Shown here piece after piece: positions 11,113 through 23,155 of a DNA stretch of 64,000 bases (position 1 is its first letter; each line of letters starts with the position of its first letter). Below the pieces are notes generated by a model, which was given only the letters and a program-made list of their open reading frames with translations, ran no database searches and had not been told where the DNA came from. The position numbers and the translations under genes were made by a program. Origin of the DNA: an uncultured delta proteobacterium (GTDB taxonomy: Bacteria > Myxococcota_A > Polyangia > Haliangiales > Haliangiaceae); contig CAVYYE010000003.1 in NCBI GenBank assembly GCA_963772655.1, positions 2,609,341-2,673,340 of the forward strand, in the 5' to 3' direction.

Positions 11113-11517
11113 ATGCGCGCCGCCTACTTGCTCTCGTTCGCCCTCGCCGCATGTGTGGCCCATGCCGCCCCGGCGCCTACATCTTCGCGACCCGTGATGG
11201 TGGCCGTGGCCGGGCCCGCACCGGGTGTGGCGCAGTCGTGCAACGCCGGCGGAACCTGCGATTTCGACTGCGATCAGGGCAACTGCGGGTTCGTCTGCGA
11301 GGCCGGCAGTATCTGCAACGTCGAGTGCGATGGCGGGGCGTGCCTTGGCCAGTGCGAGCCGGGAGCGACGTGTAACTTCGAGTGCGACGGCGGGGGCTGC
11401 CGGTCGCTGTGCGACGGCGGTTCCACTTGCAACCTGGAGTGCGACGGTGGGGGCTGCCAGCAGGCGTGCGAAGGGGCGACGTGCGCCCGCGACTGCGAGG
11501 GCGGCGGCTGCGATTGA
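11113..11517 (+). CDS. secreted cysteine-rich repeat protein (four ~19-20-aa C-x2-G-x2-C-x3-C-x2-G-x-C repeats), C-terminal GGGCD
   Basis: Signal peptide MRAAYLLSFALAACVAHA; repeats CEAGSICNVECDGGACLGQ / CEPGATCNFECDGGGCRSL / CDGGSTCNLECDGGGCQQA / CEGATCARDCEGGGCD. Confidence 0.6.
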   Translation: MRAAYLLSFALAACVAHAAPAPTSSRPVMVAVAGPAPGVAQSCNAGGTCDFDCDQGNCGFVCEAGSICNVECDGGACLGQCEPGATCNFECDGGGCRSLCDGGSTCNLECDGGGCQQACEGATCARDCEGGGCD

Positions 11518-11582
11518 GCGGCTCGCCCTAGGCCGGCGTTACAAACGCGCGCTTTGTCGCGGCGGGTGGTACCGTTTTTTTC

Positions 11583-12116
11583 ATGCCGCTGTTCGTCGCG
11601 GTCGGGCTCACGATCATGATCGCGGTCGCGATTTCGTGGGTGTGGGTCTCGCGAGTACGCGTGACCGCCAAGCGCGTGCCGGTGATGACCAACCGGATCG
11701 CGTTTCCGGGTGGTCTGCGACTGCACGAGCCCGAGCTCGCGCTGGCGCGACTCGACGAGCCCGAGGAGATCGCGATCCCGTTCGAGAAGGCGACCCTGGT
11801 GATCGCGTATCCGCTCTCGACCCCGGCGTCGGTCGAGATCGTCGCGCCGATCGCACACGGGTTCACGCGTGCCGCGCTCGTGCGCGCGATCTGCGAGGAA
11901 TACGCCCACGTCTACGAGGCGGAGGCCGGCACCTCCGCGATCGAGCCGGAGGTCAGCGAGGAACGCAAACGCAACCGCACCGATGGCGCGTACGGGATCT
12001 GGGGCTACGACCTCCAGGATCTCGTGCTCACCGCCCTGCGGTGGACGCGGCGCCCCGACGGTACGGTCATGATCGACCTGCACGTCGAGAGCTGGGGGTT
12101 GCGGCTGACGCCCTAG
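11583..12116 (+). CDS. membrane-anchored hypothetical protein
   Basis: N-terminal TM (MPLFVAVGLTIMIAVAISWVWV), globular remainder; lies between the two Cys-rich repeat genes. Confidence 0.5.
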   Translation: MPLFVAVGLTIMIAVAISWVWVSRVRVTAKRVPVMTNRIAFPGGLRLHEPELALARLDEPEEIAIPFEKATLVIAYPLSTPASVEIVAPIAHGFTRAALVRAICEEYAHVYEAEAGTSAIEPEVSEERKRNRTDGAYGIWGYDLQDLVLTALRWTRRPDGTVMIDLHVESWGLRLTP

Positions 12117-12551
12117 TCAGTCGCAGCCGCCGCCGGAGCAGGTGGCATTGCACACCGACCCTTCGGCACACCCGAGGTGGCACTGCCCACCGCTGCACGC
12201 CGAGTTGCACGTCGCCCCGGACGCGCAGTCGGTCTGGCAGTTCCCGCCGGAGCAATCCGTGTTGCAGGTCGCACCGCCCGCGCACGCGAGCTGGCAGTTG
12301 CCACCGGAGCACGACACGTTGCAGGTGGCGCCACCCTGACAGCTGAACGCGCAGTTGCCCTCCGGGCACGTCCAGTTGCAGACCTCCCCGGTGCCGCACG
12401 CGGTGCCGGCCGCGCCGGGTCCAGGAGGAGGACCTTCTTCGACAACCGCTCCCGGTGGCGGTGGGGGCGGTCCCGCCGGGCCCTGCGGTGGAGGCGTCGA
12501 GACGACGCAGGCAACGAGGAACGACAGCCCGAGAGCGAACCGGAGCAGCAT
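12117..12551 (-). CDS. secreted cysteine-rich repeat protein, paralog of 11113-11517 (five repeats), C-terminal GGGCD
   Basis: Signal peptide MLLRFALGLSFLVACV, Pro-rich linker, repeats CQGGATCNVSCSGGNCQLA / CAGGATCNTDCSGGNCQTD etc; same terminal GGGCD as paralog. Confidence 0.6.
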   Translation of the reverse strand: MLLRFALGLSFLVACVVSTPPPQGPAGPPPPPPGAVVEEGPPPGPGAAGTACGTGEVCNWTCPEGNCAFSCQGGATCNVSCSGGNCQLACAGGATCNTDCSGGNCQTDCASGATCNSACSGGQCHLGCAEGSVCNATCSGGGCD

Positions 12552-12580
12552 GGCCGCATCCTATCGCAACGTCGCGTCCG

Positions 12581-14776
12581 TCAATCGGCGCGCCGGAACG
12601 ATAACGTCGACGCACCCGCGAGCTGTGCGTGCGAGATCGCCGCAGCATCGACCGGCACGCCGTCGAGCTCGATCGTGCCGACGTCGATCCCGGTGCCGTC
12701 GGCGGCGCCGTCGAAGTCGATCACGAGCTGGTGGCCGCCGACGGTGACGCGCGCCTGCGGGAACCGGGGCACGCCGAGGATCCAGCGATCGCTCCCCGGG
12801 ATCGGATAGACCCCGAGCGACGACAGCACGTACCAGGCACCGAGCGTTCCTCCGTCGTCGTTGCCGGCGACCCCGTCGGGGCCATCGCCGTACAGCGAGT
12901 CCTCGATCCAGCGCACCCACTGGCGCGTGAGGTCGGGGCGGCCGAGCTGGGCGAACAGGTACGACGCGTTCATGTCGGGCTCGTTGCCGTGCCAGTAGTA
13001 CGGACGCGGGAAGTTGGCGGCCGACTCGTCCGAGGTCTCGAAGTCGACCTTGGCGAGTTCGAAGAACATCTCGAGCTTCGCGATCGCCGCATCGCGACCC
13101 CCGAGGATCTCGGCGAGTCCATCGGGATCGTGGGCACCCGCCATCCACAGCGAGTGCCACGCGTTGGCCTCGGCGTAGTCGTCGCCGAGCTCGAGGGGAT
13201 CGAACTCGCCGGCGGGAAACGAACCGTCGGCGTTGCGCCCGCGCAAGAAGCCGACCGCGGGATCGTAGAGCTGGCGCCAGCCCTGACTGCGCGCGAGGAG
13301 CGCGTCGCGATCGCCCGTGTTGCCGAGCGCACCGGCGAGGTTCGCGAGCGCGAAGTCGTCGTGCGAGAACTCGGTGGTCAGCGACACCGTGCGGCCGGCG
13401 GTGCCGTCGCGCGGCACGTAGCCGAGATCGAGATACGGCTCGATCCCGCTGCGGCCACCGCGACCGGCCGCGGGCGGCGATGGATCCATCGCGGCCGCGC
13501 GCAATCCCGGCCACGCGCTGTCGGCGTCGATCCCGTCGACACCGCGCATCACCGCATCGGCGATCGCGATCTCGGCGCTGGCACCGAGCATCGTGCCGGT
13601 CTCGCCGATCGCGAGCGGCCACTTCGGAAACACGCCGGTGAGCTCCCCGAACGCGACCAGCGAGCGTGCGGAGTCGTGGGCGCTCGCGGGCGCGAGCCAC
13701 GCGTAGAGCGGCTGCACCGTGCGATAGGTGTCCCACAACGACAGATCCGACATCTGTCGCCAGCCGTCGCTCGTCGTCGGGTCGTGACCGGCGAGCACGA
13801 ACGAGTGATCGGCATCCTCGATCACCGTCGGCATCAGGAACGCGTGGTAGAGGCTGGTGTAGAACGTCCGGCGTTCGGCATCGCTCCCACCGGTGACCAG
13901 CACCGACGACAGTCGCGAGGTCCACTGCGCCCGTGCGGCGGTCGCCACCCGCTCGAAGTCGACGCCATCGGGGAGCTCGGCGGCGAGGTTCGCGCGCGCA
14001 CCCTCGAGCGAGACCAGCGAGATCGCGACGGCCAGCTCGATCGGCTCGCCGCCGGTATCGATCGCCGCGCCGGTCGCCCACGTCGCGATCGTGGCCAGCG
14101 GTCGCGACCCGGCGATCGCGAAGTAGATCGTGTAGCCGCCGTAGCGCCCACTCATCCCTCCGAGGTGGTGGAGGTAGCCCGTGAGCTCGCCACCATCGGC
14201 CGTGATCGCCGCATCGTCGACGGTACCGCCCTCGAGGGTCTTCGCGAGATCGATCACCACGGCGGCGGCGCCGGTGTAGCGGTGCACGCCGACGTGCGTG
14301 GTCGCCGTCAGCGCCACACCGATGCCGTTGTCGAGCGTGACCTCGTAGCGACCCGCCGACGCGTGCTCGTCGTCCTTGGAGAACCGCGTCTCGTAGTCGA
14401 CGACGCTCGTCATCGCGGGATCGAACGCGGCGACGGGCATCACGGAGAGCACGCCGTAGTCGGTCGCGCCGGCACCGTGGAGATGCACGTGGGAGAACCC
14501 GCGGATCTTGTTGTCCTCGGCGTAGTACCCCGAGTAGTGGAGGAAGTTGACGGTGCCGAACGGGCCGCTGGTGTCGGGGCCGAGCTTGACCAGACCGTGC
14601 GGGACGGCCGCCCCGACGAAGCAGCTCCCGTGGGCGAAGCCGAGCCCGCCGGTCCCGATCCGCGGGTCGACATAGGCCACCGGGTCGGTGACCTCGGGCG
14701 CGATCACCGGCTCGGTGAGGTTGTCACCACACGCGAGCACGTGAACGAGCGCGACCACGGCGAGTGCCCCTCGCAT
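12581..14776 (-). CDS. glycoside hydrolase family 92 (putative alpha-1,2-mannosidase), lipoprotein
   Basis: GH92 N-terminal motifs DPRIGTGGLGFAHGSCFVGA..LGPDT, GFSHVHLHGAG; ~730 aa; lipobox VLACGDN. Confidence 0.85.
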   Translation of the reverse strand: MRGALAVVALVHVLACGDNLTEPVIAPEVTDPVAYVDPRIGTGGLGFAHGSCFVGAAVPHGLVKLGPDTSGPFGTVNFLHYSGYYAEDNKIRGFSHVHLHGAGATDYGVLSVMPVAAFDPAMTSVVDYETRFSKDDEHASAGRYEVTLDNGIGVALTATTHVGVHRYTGAAAVVIDLAKTLEGGTVDDAAITADGGELTGYLHHLGGMSGRYGGYTIYFAIAGSRPLATIATWATGAAIDTGGEPIELAVAISLVSLEGARANLAAELPDGVDFERVATAARAQWTSRLSSVLVTGGSDAERRTFYTSLYHAFLMPTVIEDADHSFVLAGHDPTTSDGWRQMSDLSLWDTYRTVQPLYAWLAPASAHDSARSLVAFGELTGVFPKWPLAIGETGTMLGASAEIAIADAVMRGVDGIDADSAWPGLRAAAMDPSPPAAGRGGRSGIEPYLDLGYVPRDGTAGRTVSLTTEFSHDDFALANLAGALGNTGDRDALLARSQGWRQLYDPAVGFLRGRNADGSFPAGEFDPLELGDDYAEANAWHSLWMAGAHDPDGLAEILGGRDAAIAKLEMFFELAKVDFETSDESAANFPRPYYWHGNEPDMNASYLFAQLGRPDLTRQWVRWIEDSLYGDGPDGVAGNDDGGTLGAWYVLSSLGVYPIPGSDRWILGVPRFPQARVTVGGHQLVIDFDGAADGTGIDVGTIELDGVPVDAAAISHAQLAGASTLSFRRAD

Positions 14777-14833
14777 CGCCGCCGACTCTACACAACCAGG
14801 TCGGTGGTCGTCCCGATAGAACCGGTCGCCGGC

Positions 14834-16990
<2,157 letters not shown>

Positions 16991-17115
16991 ACGGATCTAA
17001 CCCGTCGCATCTCAAGGAGATTTTGGACTTTCTGAGTGTCGTTCTTCAGCGACACGTACGGCATCGTGCTCGTGACACCCCACCGCTACCCCATCCACGT
17101 ATGCTCGGTTGTGCG

Positions 17116-17478
17116 ATGACGAAGCCTCGCAATCCCTTTCAAGTGCTCGAGCACCTGCGCGAGACACTTCCTGAAGGAAATTCAGGTATTCCGGCTAACA
17201 ACTCGACCGCCGAAAGTGATCCAGCCCCAGCACCGAGAAACATCGCGCGTGCGGTCGTCCGGATCGAACGAAAAGGTCGTCGAGGAAAGGAAGCGACGGT
17301 GATCGAGAAGCTCGCGCTACCGGATTCGGAGCTCGAGATCTGGTGTCGCGAGCTCAAGCACGCACTCGGTTGCGGCGGCACCGTCGACGGAAACGCGATC
17401 GTGCTCCAGGGTGATCTGCGATCGCGACTCGAGGCAGTGCTGATCGCGCGCGGGGTCGCCAAGGTCACGATCGCGTAG
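17116..17478 (+). CDS. yciH: translation initiation factor SUI1/YciH family protein
   Basis: VRIERKGRRGKEATVIEKL...LKHALGCGGTVDGNAIVLQGDLR matches SUI1/eIF1 fold proteins; start at MTKPRNPF. Confidence 0.8.
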   Translation: MTKPRNPFQVLEHLRETLPEGNSGIPANNSTAESDPAPAPRNIARAVVRIERKGRRGKEATVIEKLALPDSELEIWCRELKHALGCGGTVDGNAIVLQGDLRSRLEAVLIARGVAKVTIA

Positions 17479-17693
17479 TCGCGTGCCGTGTCGCAGTGGC
17501 TAGTGAACCTGCCGTTCGATGGGGTCGCGCAAGTCCGTCGGCTGGCTGATCGAGTTGGCGCCGCGGCGCGTCGAATGCGGTGGGTGTGGTCGGCCCCTCG
17601 TAACAGGCTCGATCCACACGGCATCCGGACGCACAACACGAACGTGTTCGACCACTTGGATTGGCCTTCGCCTTGCTGAAACGAAGACCAGCC

Positions 17694-19331
17694 ATGCAGA
17701 CCCTCACCAAGCTCGCCCCCGCGCTGTTCCTCCTCGCAACTGCCTGCGGTATGTCGGCCGGTGAGGAAAAAGATCCACCCGTCCTCAAGGTGACGTCGCC
17801 CGAACGGAGCCTCGTCACGGACAACGGAGACATCACGGTCACCGGTACCGTCGCGCCGAACGCCGAGGGCATCCCGGTGCACCAGGTCTCGGTCAACGGC
17901 GTCGCGGCCACGGTCGAGGCCGACGGTTCGTTCCACGCCGCGATCCACGTCGAGGATGGCGCGAGCTTCATCGAAACCGTCGCGCTCGACGACGACGGCG
18001 GCAAGGCCACCGACACGCGTGCGGTGCAGGCCGGTGACCTCCGCGCTGCCGGCGGCACGGTCGACAGTGCGCTCACCGTCGCGATGTCGACGCAGGCGTT
18101 CGCCAAGATCTCGGCGGCCGCGGGCCCGATGATCAAGAGCATGGACCTCGGCGCGATGCTCGCGCCGATGCAGCCGATGCAGCACGCCGGCGACGAGAAC
18201 GGCGAGGACTGCCTGTTCGATCGCGTGTTCGTCGACGACCTCAAGCTCTCCGACATCTCGCTCTCGCTGACGCCGCAACAGGGTGGCCTCGCGTTCAGCG
18301 CGACGATCGACGGACTCGATGTGCCCGCCCACGCGCGCTACGCGGTGGCGTGCGTCTCCAATCAGACCGACTTGCGCGTCACCGCCGACCGCGTGGTCAT
18401 CTCGGGCACGCTGCTGGTCAGCCCCGACGGCATGCAGGGCTTCTCGACCGACCTCGTCAACCAGTCGGTCCAGCTCACCAACTTCAAGATCGACGCGTCG
18501 GGCATCCCCGGCACGATCATCGACCTGATCGACTTCAACGGCCTGGTCCAGACGGTGGTCGCCAAGGGTGCCGAGCTCGCGATGAAGCCGATGATGAACG
18601 CGGCGCTCGGCGGTCTCGCCGGTCCCAAGCAGGTCGACGTCCTCGGCCGCACGCTCACCGTCGAGGTGACGCCGAGCAACATCTCGTTCGACCCGCAGGG
18701 TGCGCTCGTCACCATGAACATGGCGATGCTGATCGGCGGTGCCGAGAACGCCAAGTACGTGTACACGCCGAACGGCCAGCCCGCGATGGATCCGGGCAAC
18801 GGCTTCCACCTCGGTCTCGCCGACGACCTCGCCAACGAGATGATGTCCGAGGCCAACGCGATCGGTCTACTGAACCTCGAGATGCCGGCCGCGGCCGGGA
18901 CGTTCGACTCGACGGCGATCGAGATGACGCTGCCCCCGATGATCAGCGCCGACCCGGTCGACGGCAAGATGCGCGTGTTCCTCGGCGACATGATGGCCAC
19001 CTACAAGAGCCACGGGGTCGCGGTCGCGAAGGCGGCGGTCAACGCCAAGCTGGACGTCAAGATCAACACCGCCGGCAACGGCTACGCGGTCGCCCTCGAG
19101 CTCGGCAAGCCCGACATCAAGTTCGACGTGCTCGACGACATCGCCAACGAAACCCGCCTGACCGACGAGGACCTTGCCTCGGCGTCGGCCGCCTGCCTCG
19201 ACGCGCAGATCGCTCACATCTCCGCGCTGCTCGTGAACATCCCGCTGCCGTCGATCGCCGGCCTCCAGATGCGCAACCTCGAGGTCGGGTCGAACAACGG
19301 CTACGTGATGGTGAAGGGCCAGTTCGAGTAG
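17694..19331 (+). CDS. lipoprotein, hypothetical (Met/Ala-rich, ~545 aa)
   Basis: Lipobox LFLLATACG; long ORF with coherent codon usage; start at the second Met preferred for signal peptide length. Confidence 0.65.
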   Translation: MQTLTKLAPALFLLATACGMSAGEEKDPPVLKVTSPERSLVTDNGDITVTGTVAPNAEGIPVHQVSVNGVAATVEADGSFHAAIHVEDGASFIETVALDDDGGKATDTRAVQAGDLRAAGGTVDSALTVAMSTQAFAKISAAAGPMIKSMDLGAMLAPMQPMQHAGDENGEDCLFDRVFVDDLKLSDISLSLTPQQGGLAFSATIDGLDVPAHARYAVACVSNQTDLRVTADRVVISGTLLVSPDGMQGFSTDLVNQSVQLTNFKIDASGIPGTIIDLIDFNGLVQTVVAKGAELAMKPMMNAALGGLAGPKQVDVLGRTLTVEVTPSNISFDPQGALVTMNMAMLIGGAENAKYVYTPNGQPAMDPGNGFHLGLADDLANEMMSEANAIGLLNLEMPAAAGTFDSTAIEMTLPPMISADPVDGKMRVFLGDMMATYKSHGVAVAKAAVNAKLDVKINTAGNGYAVALELGKPDIKFDVLDDIANETRLTDEDLASASAACLDAQIAHISALLVNIPLPSIAGLQMRNLEVGSNNGYVMVKGQFE

Positions 19332-19376
19332 CCAACTCCGAGTAGCACCCGGCCGCCTCGGCCGTACACTCGAGTC

Positions 19377-20231
19377 GTGCGACTCGAGTGTTTTGTCGTG
19401 ATGGCGGTGGTGACGCAGGCAGCCCACGTCGGGCGAGCCGCTCCGCCACGAATCCACGCCACCGAGCTGGTCGACACCGTCGTCAAGACGCTCGCCACGC
19501 CCGTCGACGCCCACACGCCGCGCGGCATCACCACCGAGGTCGCGACCGTCGGCAAGGCGAAGGCGCCGCTGGATCGCAAGACGGTGCGCGCCGCGCTCGA
19601 GAAGCATCAGCTACGGGTGATCGAGGATCGTTTCGACGGCGACGTCTTCACGCTCACCGTCGCGGCGGCAAGCGGTGCACGCGCATCGATCTCGTTCGGT
19701 CCCGACGGCGGCTCGATCTCCGCGACGCTGCGACCGGCGGCGAGCATCCCGCCTGGACGATGCCTCCCGATCCCGCAACTCTCCCACCACGTCTACGTGA
19801 CCTCGAGCGGGATCGACAACGACGGCGAGTTTCACGAGTCCGTGAACCGCTGGCTACTCGACACGTTTCGAGGGCTCGACGTCGATGGTGATGGCATCGA
19901 CGACGCGTTCGTCCCGATCGCCCCGAACCGAAATGCGTGTCCCGAGGAGGTGTCGTATCGCGTGTACGTCGTCCGCGGGAATTGCGGCCACGACCTCGGC
20001 GTCGTCGGCCCGGGAAGCGTGACTCCGAATCCGCGCACGCCGCTGGCCAGGTCGGGCTACCGGCCGATCGTGATGCAGGCCGAGGTCGCCTCCCACAAGC
20101 ACCGGATCCCCGACCTCTACACGACGACCCGCCGGTTCGAGGTTCGCGGCCGGCGCTACAAGCTGGTCAAGCAGACGAGGACAGGTGGCCAGTGCCACCA
20201 CTGCTCGACGTGGAGTTGCCACCACGAGTGA
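19377..20231 (+). CDS. hypothetical protein
   Basis: 284-aa ORF with reasonable codon bias and no recognisable domain; competing antisense ORFs look worse. Confidence 0.4.
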   Translation: MRLECFVVMAVVTQAAHVGRAAPPRIHATELVDTVVKTLATPVDAHTPRGITTEVATVGKAKAPLDRKTVRAALEKHQLRVIEDRFDGDVFTLTVAAASGARASISFGPDGGSISATLRPAASIPPGRCLPIPQLSHHVYVTSSGIDNDGEFHESVNRWLLDTFRGLDVDGDGIDDAFVPIAPNRNACPEEVSYRVYVVRGNCGHDLGVVGPGSVTPNPRTPLARSGYRPIVMQAEVASHKHRIPDLYTTTRRFEVRGRRYKLVKQTRTGGQCHHCSTWSCHHE

Positions 20232-20276
20232 CTTCGCGAGCGGGCACCCAGCGGGTAGGTAGACCGCGGAAGCGAA
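20222..20276. repeat. copy A of ~50-bp dispersed repeat (intergenic)
   Basis: CTTCGCGAGCGGGCACCCAGCGGGTAGGTAGACCGCGGAAGCGAAGTCGA; ~90% identical to 53380-53430. Confidence 0.6.
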
Positions 20277-20292
20277 GTCGAAACGTGAATGA

Positions 20293-22188
20293 CTAGTTCT
20301 CGGCGCGCTTGAGGATCAGGAAGTCCACGCGCCGGTTCTTCGCCCACGCGCGCTCGTTGTGTGCGCGGTCGATCGGCTGGGTCTCGCCGTAGCCCTGCGA
20401 CACCAGCCGCTTGGCATCGATCGGCGTCGAGTCGTGCTTCGTGCCGTGCGTGGTCAGGTACTTCATCACCGCCGCGGCGCGCCGATCCGAGAGCTCGAGG
20501 TTGTAGGCATCGTTGCCCCGCTCGTCGGTATGGCCGGCGACCTCGACGAGCTGGATGTCGGGGTTGCCCTGCATCGACGCGATCACCGCGTCGAGGATCG
20601 GATACGAGTCGGGCTTGATCACCGCCTTGTTGAACTCGAAGTTGATGGGTTTCATGATCACGATGCCGGTCTCGGTCTCCGTCGCGAGACCGTGGTCGGG
20701 GCAACCGTCCTCGTCCTCGAAGTTGTTGTAGGTCTCGGGCTCGTTCGGGCACCGATCGTCCTTGTCGAGGATCCGGTCCTTGTCGTTGTCGAGATCGGGG
20801 CAGCCGTCCTCGTCCTCGAACTTGTCGTAGTCCTCCGGATCGTTCGGACACAGGTCGTCGACGTCGAGGATCTGGTCGTTGTCGTTGTCGAGATCGGGAC
20901 AGCCGTCCTCGTCTTCGAAGTTGTCGTAGTCCTCCGGGTCGTCGGGGCACTTGTCGACGTTGTCGAGGATCTTGTCGTTGTCGCGGTCGTTGGCATTACC
21001 CTCGGGGCAGCCGTCCTCGTCCTGAAACCCGTCCCGGTCCTCCGGGATCAGCGGGCACTTGTCGTCGACGTCGAGGATGCCGTCGCGATCGTTGTCGAGA
21101 TCCGGGCACCCGTCGTCGTCCTCGAAACCGTCGCGGTCCTCCGGATCGTCGGGGCACTTGTCGACATCGTCCTTCAGCCCGTCGCCATCGCGATCGCCGA
21201 GATTGGGCTCGAACACGATGCCGACGAACGCACGCGCCTTCGGGTTACCGCCCTGGTTCGCGACCAGGCCGCGACCGGCACCGAGCGACAGGTACGAGTT
21301 GCGTGCGAGGTAGACCTTGATGCCGGCGAGCGCCTCTAACGGCTGGTAGTCCTGGTGCGTCCCGAGTGGCACCGCGCCGAACACCTCCGCCACGATGTCG
21401 AACTTCTGCGGCGACAGCGCGTACGCGAGACCGAGCCCGAACGGGAGCTCGGCCGCCGCGCTGATCGTCTGGCCGGTCGCCGGCGATCCCATGTCGCCGT
21501 TGTCGGTGAACGAGGTCTCGTCGCGCAGCCGGATGCCGCCGTTGATCGCCGCGCGGAACCGGCCGGTGCGGCCGAACTCCTTGTCGACGATGCCGACCAG
21601 CTGCGGCGTCAGGTGCTTCTCTCCCATGAACCGCTCGGCGGTCGCGGTCGGCAAGAACACGCTCGCGATCACTCCGACGCCTACGTGCGGCGGGCGCGAC
21701 GACGCGAGAAAGTGGGTCTTGAGGTGAAGGCCGACGTTTCCGATGCCCTGCCCGTCGAGCTTGAAGTTCTGATCGTCGTTGGGATTGCTGGGATCGCCGA
21801 GGTTGTCGGGACCGCGATCTCCGCTGACGATCGTGAGCGGCAGCGACGCGCCGAACTGCAAATCCGCGGGACCGAGGTGAAAGCCGACGGCACCGATCAG
21901 CGTCGCGGTCACGACGTCGTTGACCATGTATTGATCGCCGGCGGTGTCCTGGAACTCGAGCAGCTTGTGCCCCCACGACAGCGAACCGAGTCCGAACGAG
22001 ACCTCACCGTTGCCGAGCGTCTGCGACGCGTTGATCGTGAGGTAGCCGCGCGAGTCGATCGCCGGGCGAAACGGATCGAGCTGGATGTCACCGGCGGGTT
22101 GCGCGGCGGTCGCGGTGGGAAACACGGCGAGCGCGATCAGCGCTGACACGACGGTGGATACACGGATGCCGAGAGCCAGGCGTGGCAT
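20293..22188 (-). CDS. OmpA family outer membrane protein with thrombospondin type-3 (Ca-binding Asp-rich) repeats
   Basis: Signal peptide MPRLALGIRVSTVVSALIALAVFPTATAA; N-terminal beta-barrel-like region; repeated DxDxDGxxDxxDxCP units; C-terminal OmpA domain (VAGHTDERGNDAYNLELSDRRAAAV...RRVDF). Confidence 0.9.
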   Translation of the reverse strand: MPRLALGIRVSTVVSALIALAVFPTATAAQPAGDIQLDPFRPAIDSRGYLTINASQTLGNGEVSFGLGSLSWGHKLLEFQDTAGDQYMVNDVVTATLIGAVGFHLGPADLQFGASLPLTIVSGDRGPDNLGDPSNPNDDQNFKLDGQGIGNVGLHLKTHFLASSRPPHVGVGVIASVFLPTATAERFMGEKHLTPQLVGIVDKEFGRTGRFRAAINGGIRLRDETSFTDNGDMGSPATGQTISAAAELPFGLGLAYALSPQKFDIVAEVFGAVPLGTHQDYQPLEALAGIKVYLARNSYLSLGAGRGLVANQGGNPKARAFVGIVFEPNLGDRDGDGLKDDVDKCPDDPEDRDGFEDDDGCPDLDNDRDGILDVDDKCPLIPEDRDGFQDEDGCPEGNANDRDNDKILDNVDKCPDDPEDYDNFEDEDGCPDLDNDNDQILDVDDLCPNDPEDYDKFEDEDGCPDLDNDKDRILDKDDRCPNEPETYNNFEDEDGCPDHGLATETETGIVIMKPINFEFNKAVIKPDSYPILDAVIASMQGNPDIQLVEVAGHTDERGNDAYNLELSDRRAAAVMKYLTTHGTKHDSTPIDAKRLVSQGYGETQPIDRAHNERAWAKNRRVDFLILKRAEN

Positions 22189-22309
22189 GACGGTCCTTTC
22201 GCGGTGGCCGAGTTCGAGATCAGCCGTGCCGCAGGTGAGAGAAACGGGTTCTGCACGCACAGTGCACCGGCATCGCGATCCGGTTACACGTGCACGGTGT
22301 GCGCGCTAA

Positions 22310-23110
22310 CTAGGCGCGATCGCTCGGCCCGAACACGCGATTGCGTCCAGCCCGCTTGGCTTCGATCAGGTTCTCGTCGGCGGTCTGCAACGAGGTCGTC
22401 GAATCCGCGCCGAGCATCGCGACGCCGATCGAGACCGTGGCGCGGATCTGGTTCTGGTCGGCCTCGAACGGAACCGCAGAAAACTCGGGCTCGCAGGCGA
22501 CCCGGATTCGTTCGCCGAGCGCCTCCGCCTGTTCGACCGACGTGCCCGGCGCGACGATCACGAACTCCTCGCCGCCGTAGCGCCCGAGCAACATCGGCCA
22601 GGCGACGTGGCGCCGGATCCGCTCGGCGGTCAGCTGGATCACCTGATCGCCGGCCACGTGTCCGTAGTGGTCGCACAGCTTCTTGAGCCAGTCGATGTCG
22701 ATCAAGAGCAGCGCGCCGGCGGAGACTCGCTCGAGGTATCTCCACAACAGGCGCCGATCGAACAGGCCCGTCATCGGATCGACCACCGTATCGAGGTGAC
22801 GTTGCTCGCGCCGGGAGCTCTCTCCGTCACCCCCGAACAGCCGGAAGATGCGCGCGCCGATCACGAAGCGGTCGCCGTGGTGAAGCTCGACCTCGCTGGT
22901 CGCGAGCACATCTCCGACCATCGCGACAGAGGCACCGGGAATCAGTCGATAGCGACCGTCGCGGGCCGTGATCGTCGCGAGTGGCTGTTCGGGTGGCCCC
23001 TCCGGATCGAACAGCCCGCGACCGACAGGAAACCCGTAGGCGCCACCGATCGCGAGCTCGCCCTCGAACGTGACCCACCGCCGCGGCGACCTCCAGACTC
23101 CATCCACCAT
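22310..23110 (-). CDS. FHA domain-containing diguanylate cyclase (FHA-GGDEF)
   Basis: N-terminal FHA-like region (GRYRLIPGASVAMVGDVLATSEVELHHGDRFVIGARIF) and C-terminal GGDEF domain with intact RYGGEEF motif; start at MVDGVWRSP. Confidence 0.8.
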   Translation of the reverse strand: MVDGVWRSPRRWVTFEGELAIGGAYGFPVGRGLFDPEGPPEQPLATITARDGRYRLIPGASVAMVGDVLATSEVELHHGDRFVIGARIFRLFGGDGESSRREQRHLDTVVDPMTGLFDRRLLWRYLERVSAGALLLIDIDWLKKLCDHYGHVAGDQVIQLTAERIRRHVAWPMLLGRYGGEEFVIVAPGTSVEQAEALGERIRVACEPEFSAVPFEADQNQIRATVSIGVAMLGADSTTSLQTADENLIEAKRAGRNRVFGPSDRA

Positions 23111-23155
23111 CAACGTCGCGCGATCGCGGGCCACGATCGAGCTTACGATGTCCTC

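Noticed and set aside
19854-20285. Minus-strand ORF containing FASAV(Y/D)LPAGCPLAK as a duplicated alkA fragment or pseudogene
   Set aside because: Similarity to alkA is limited to ~50 nt with no flanking homology, so it is better explained as a short dispersed repeat than a gene fragment.
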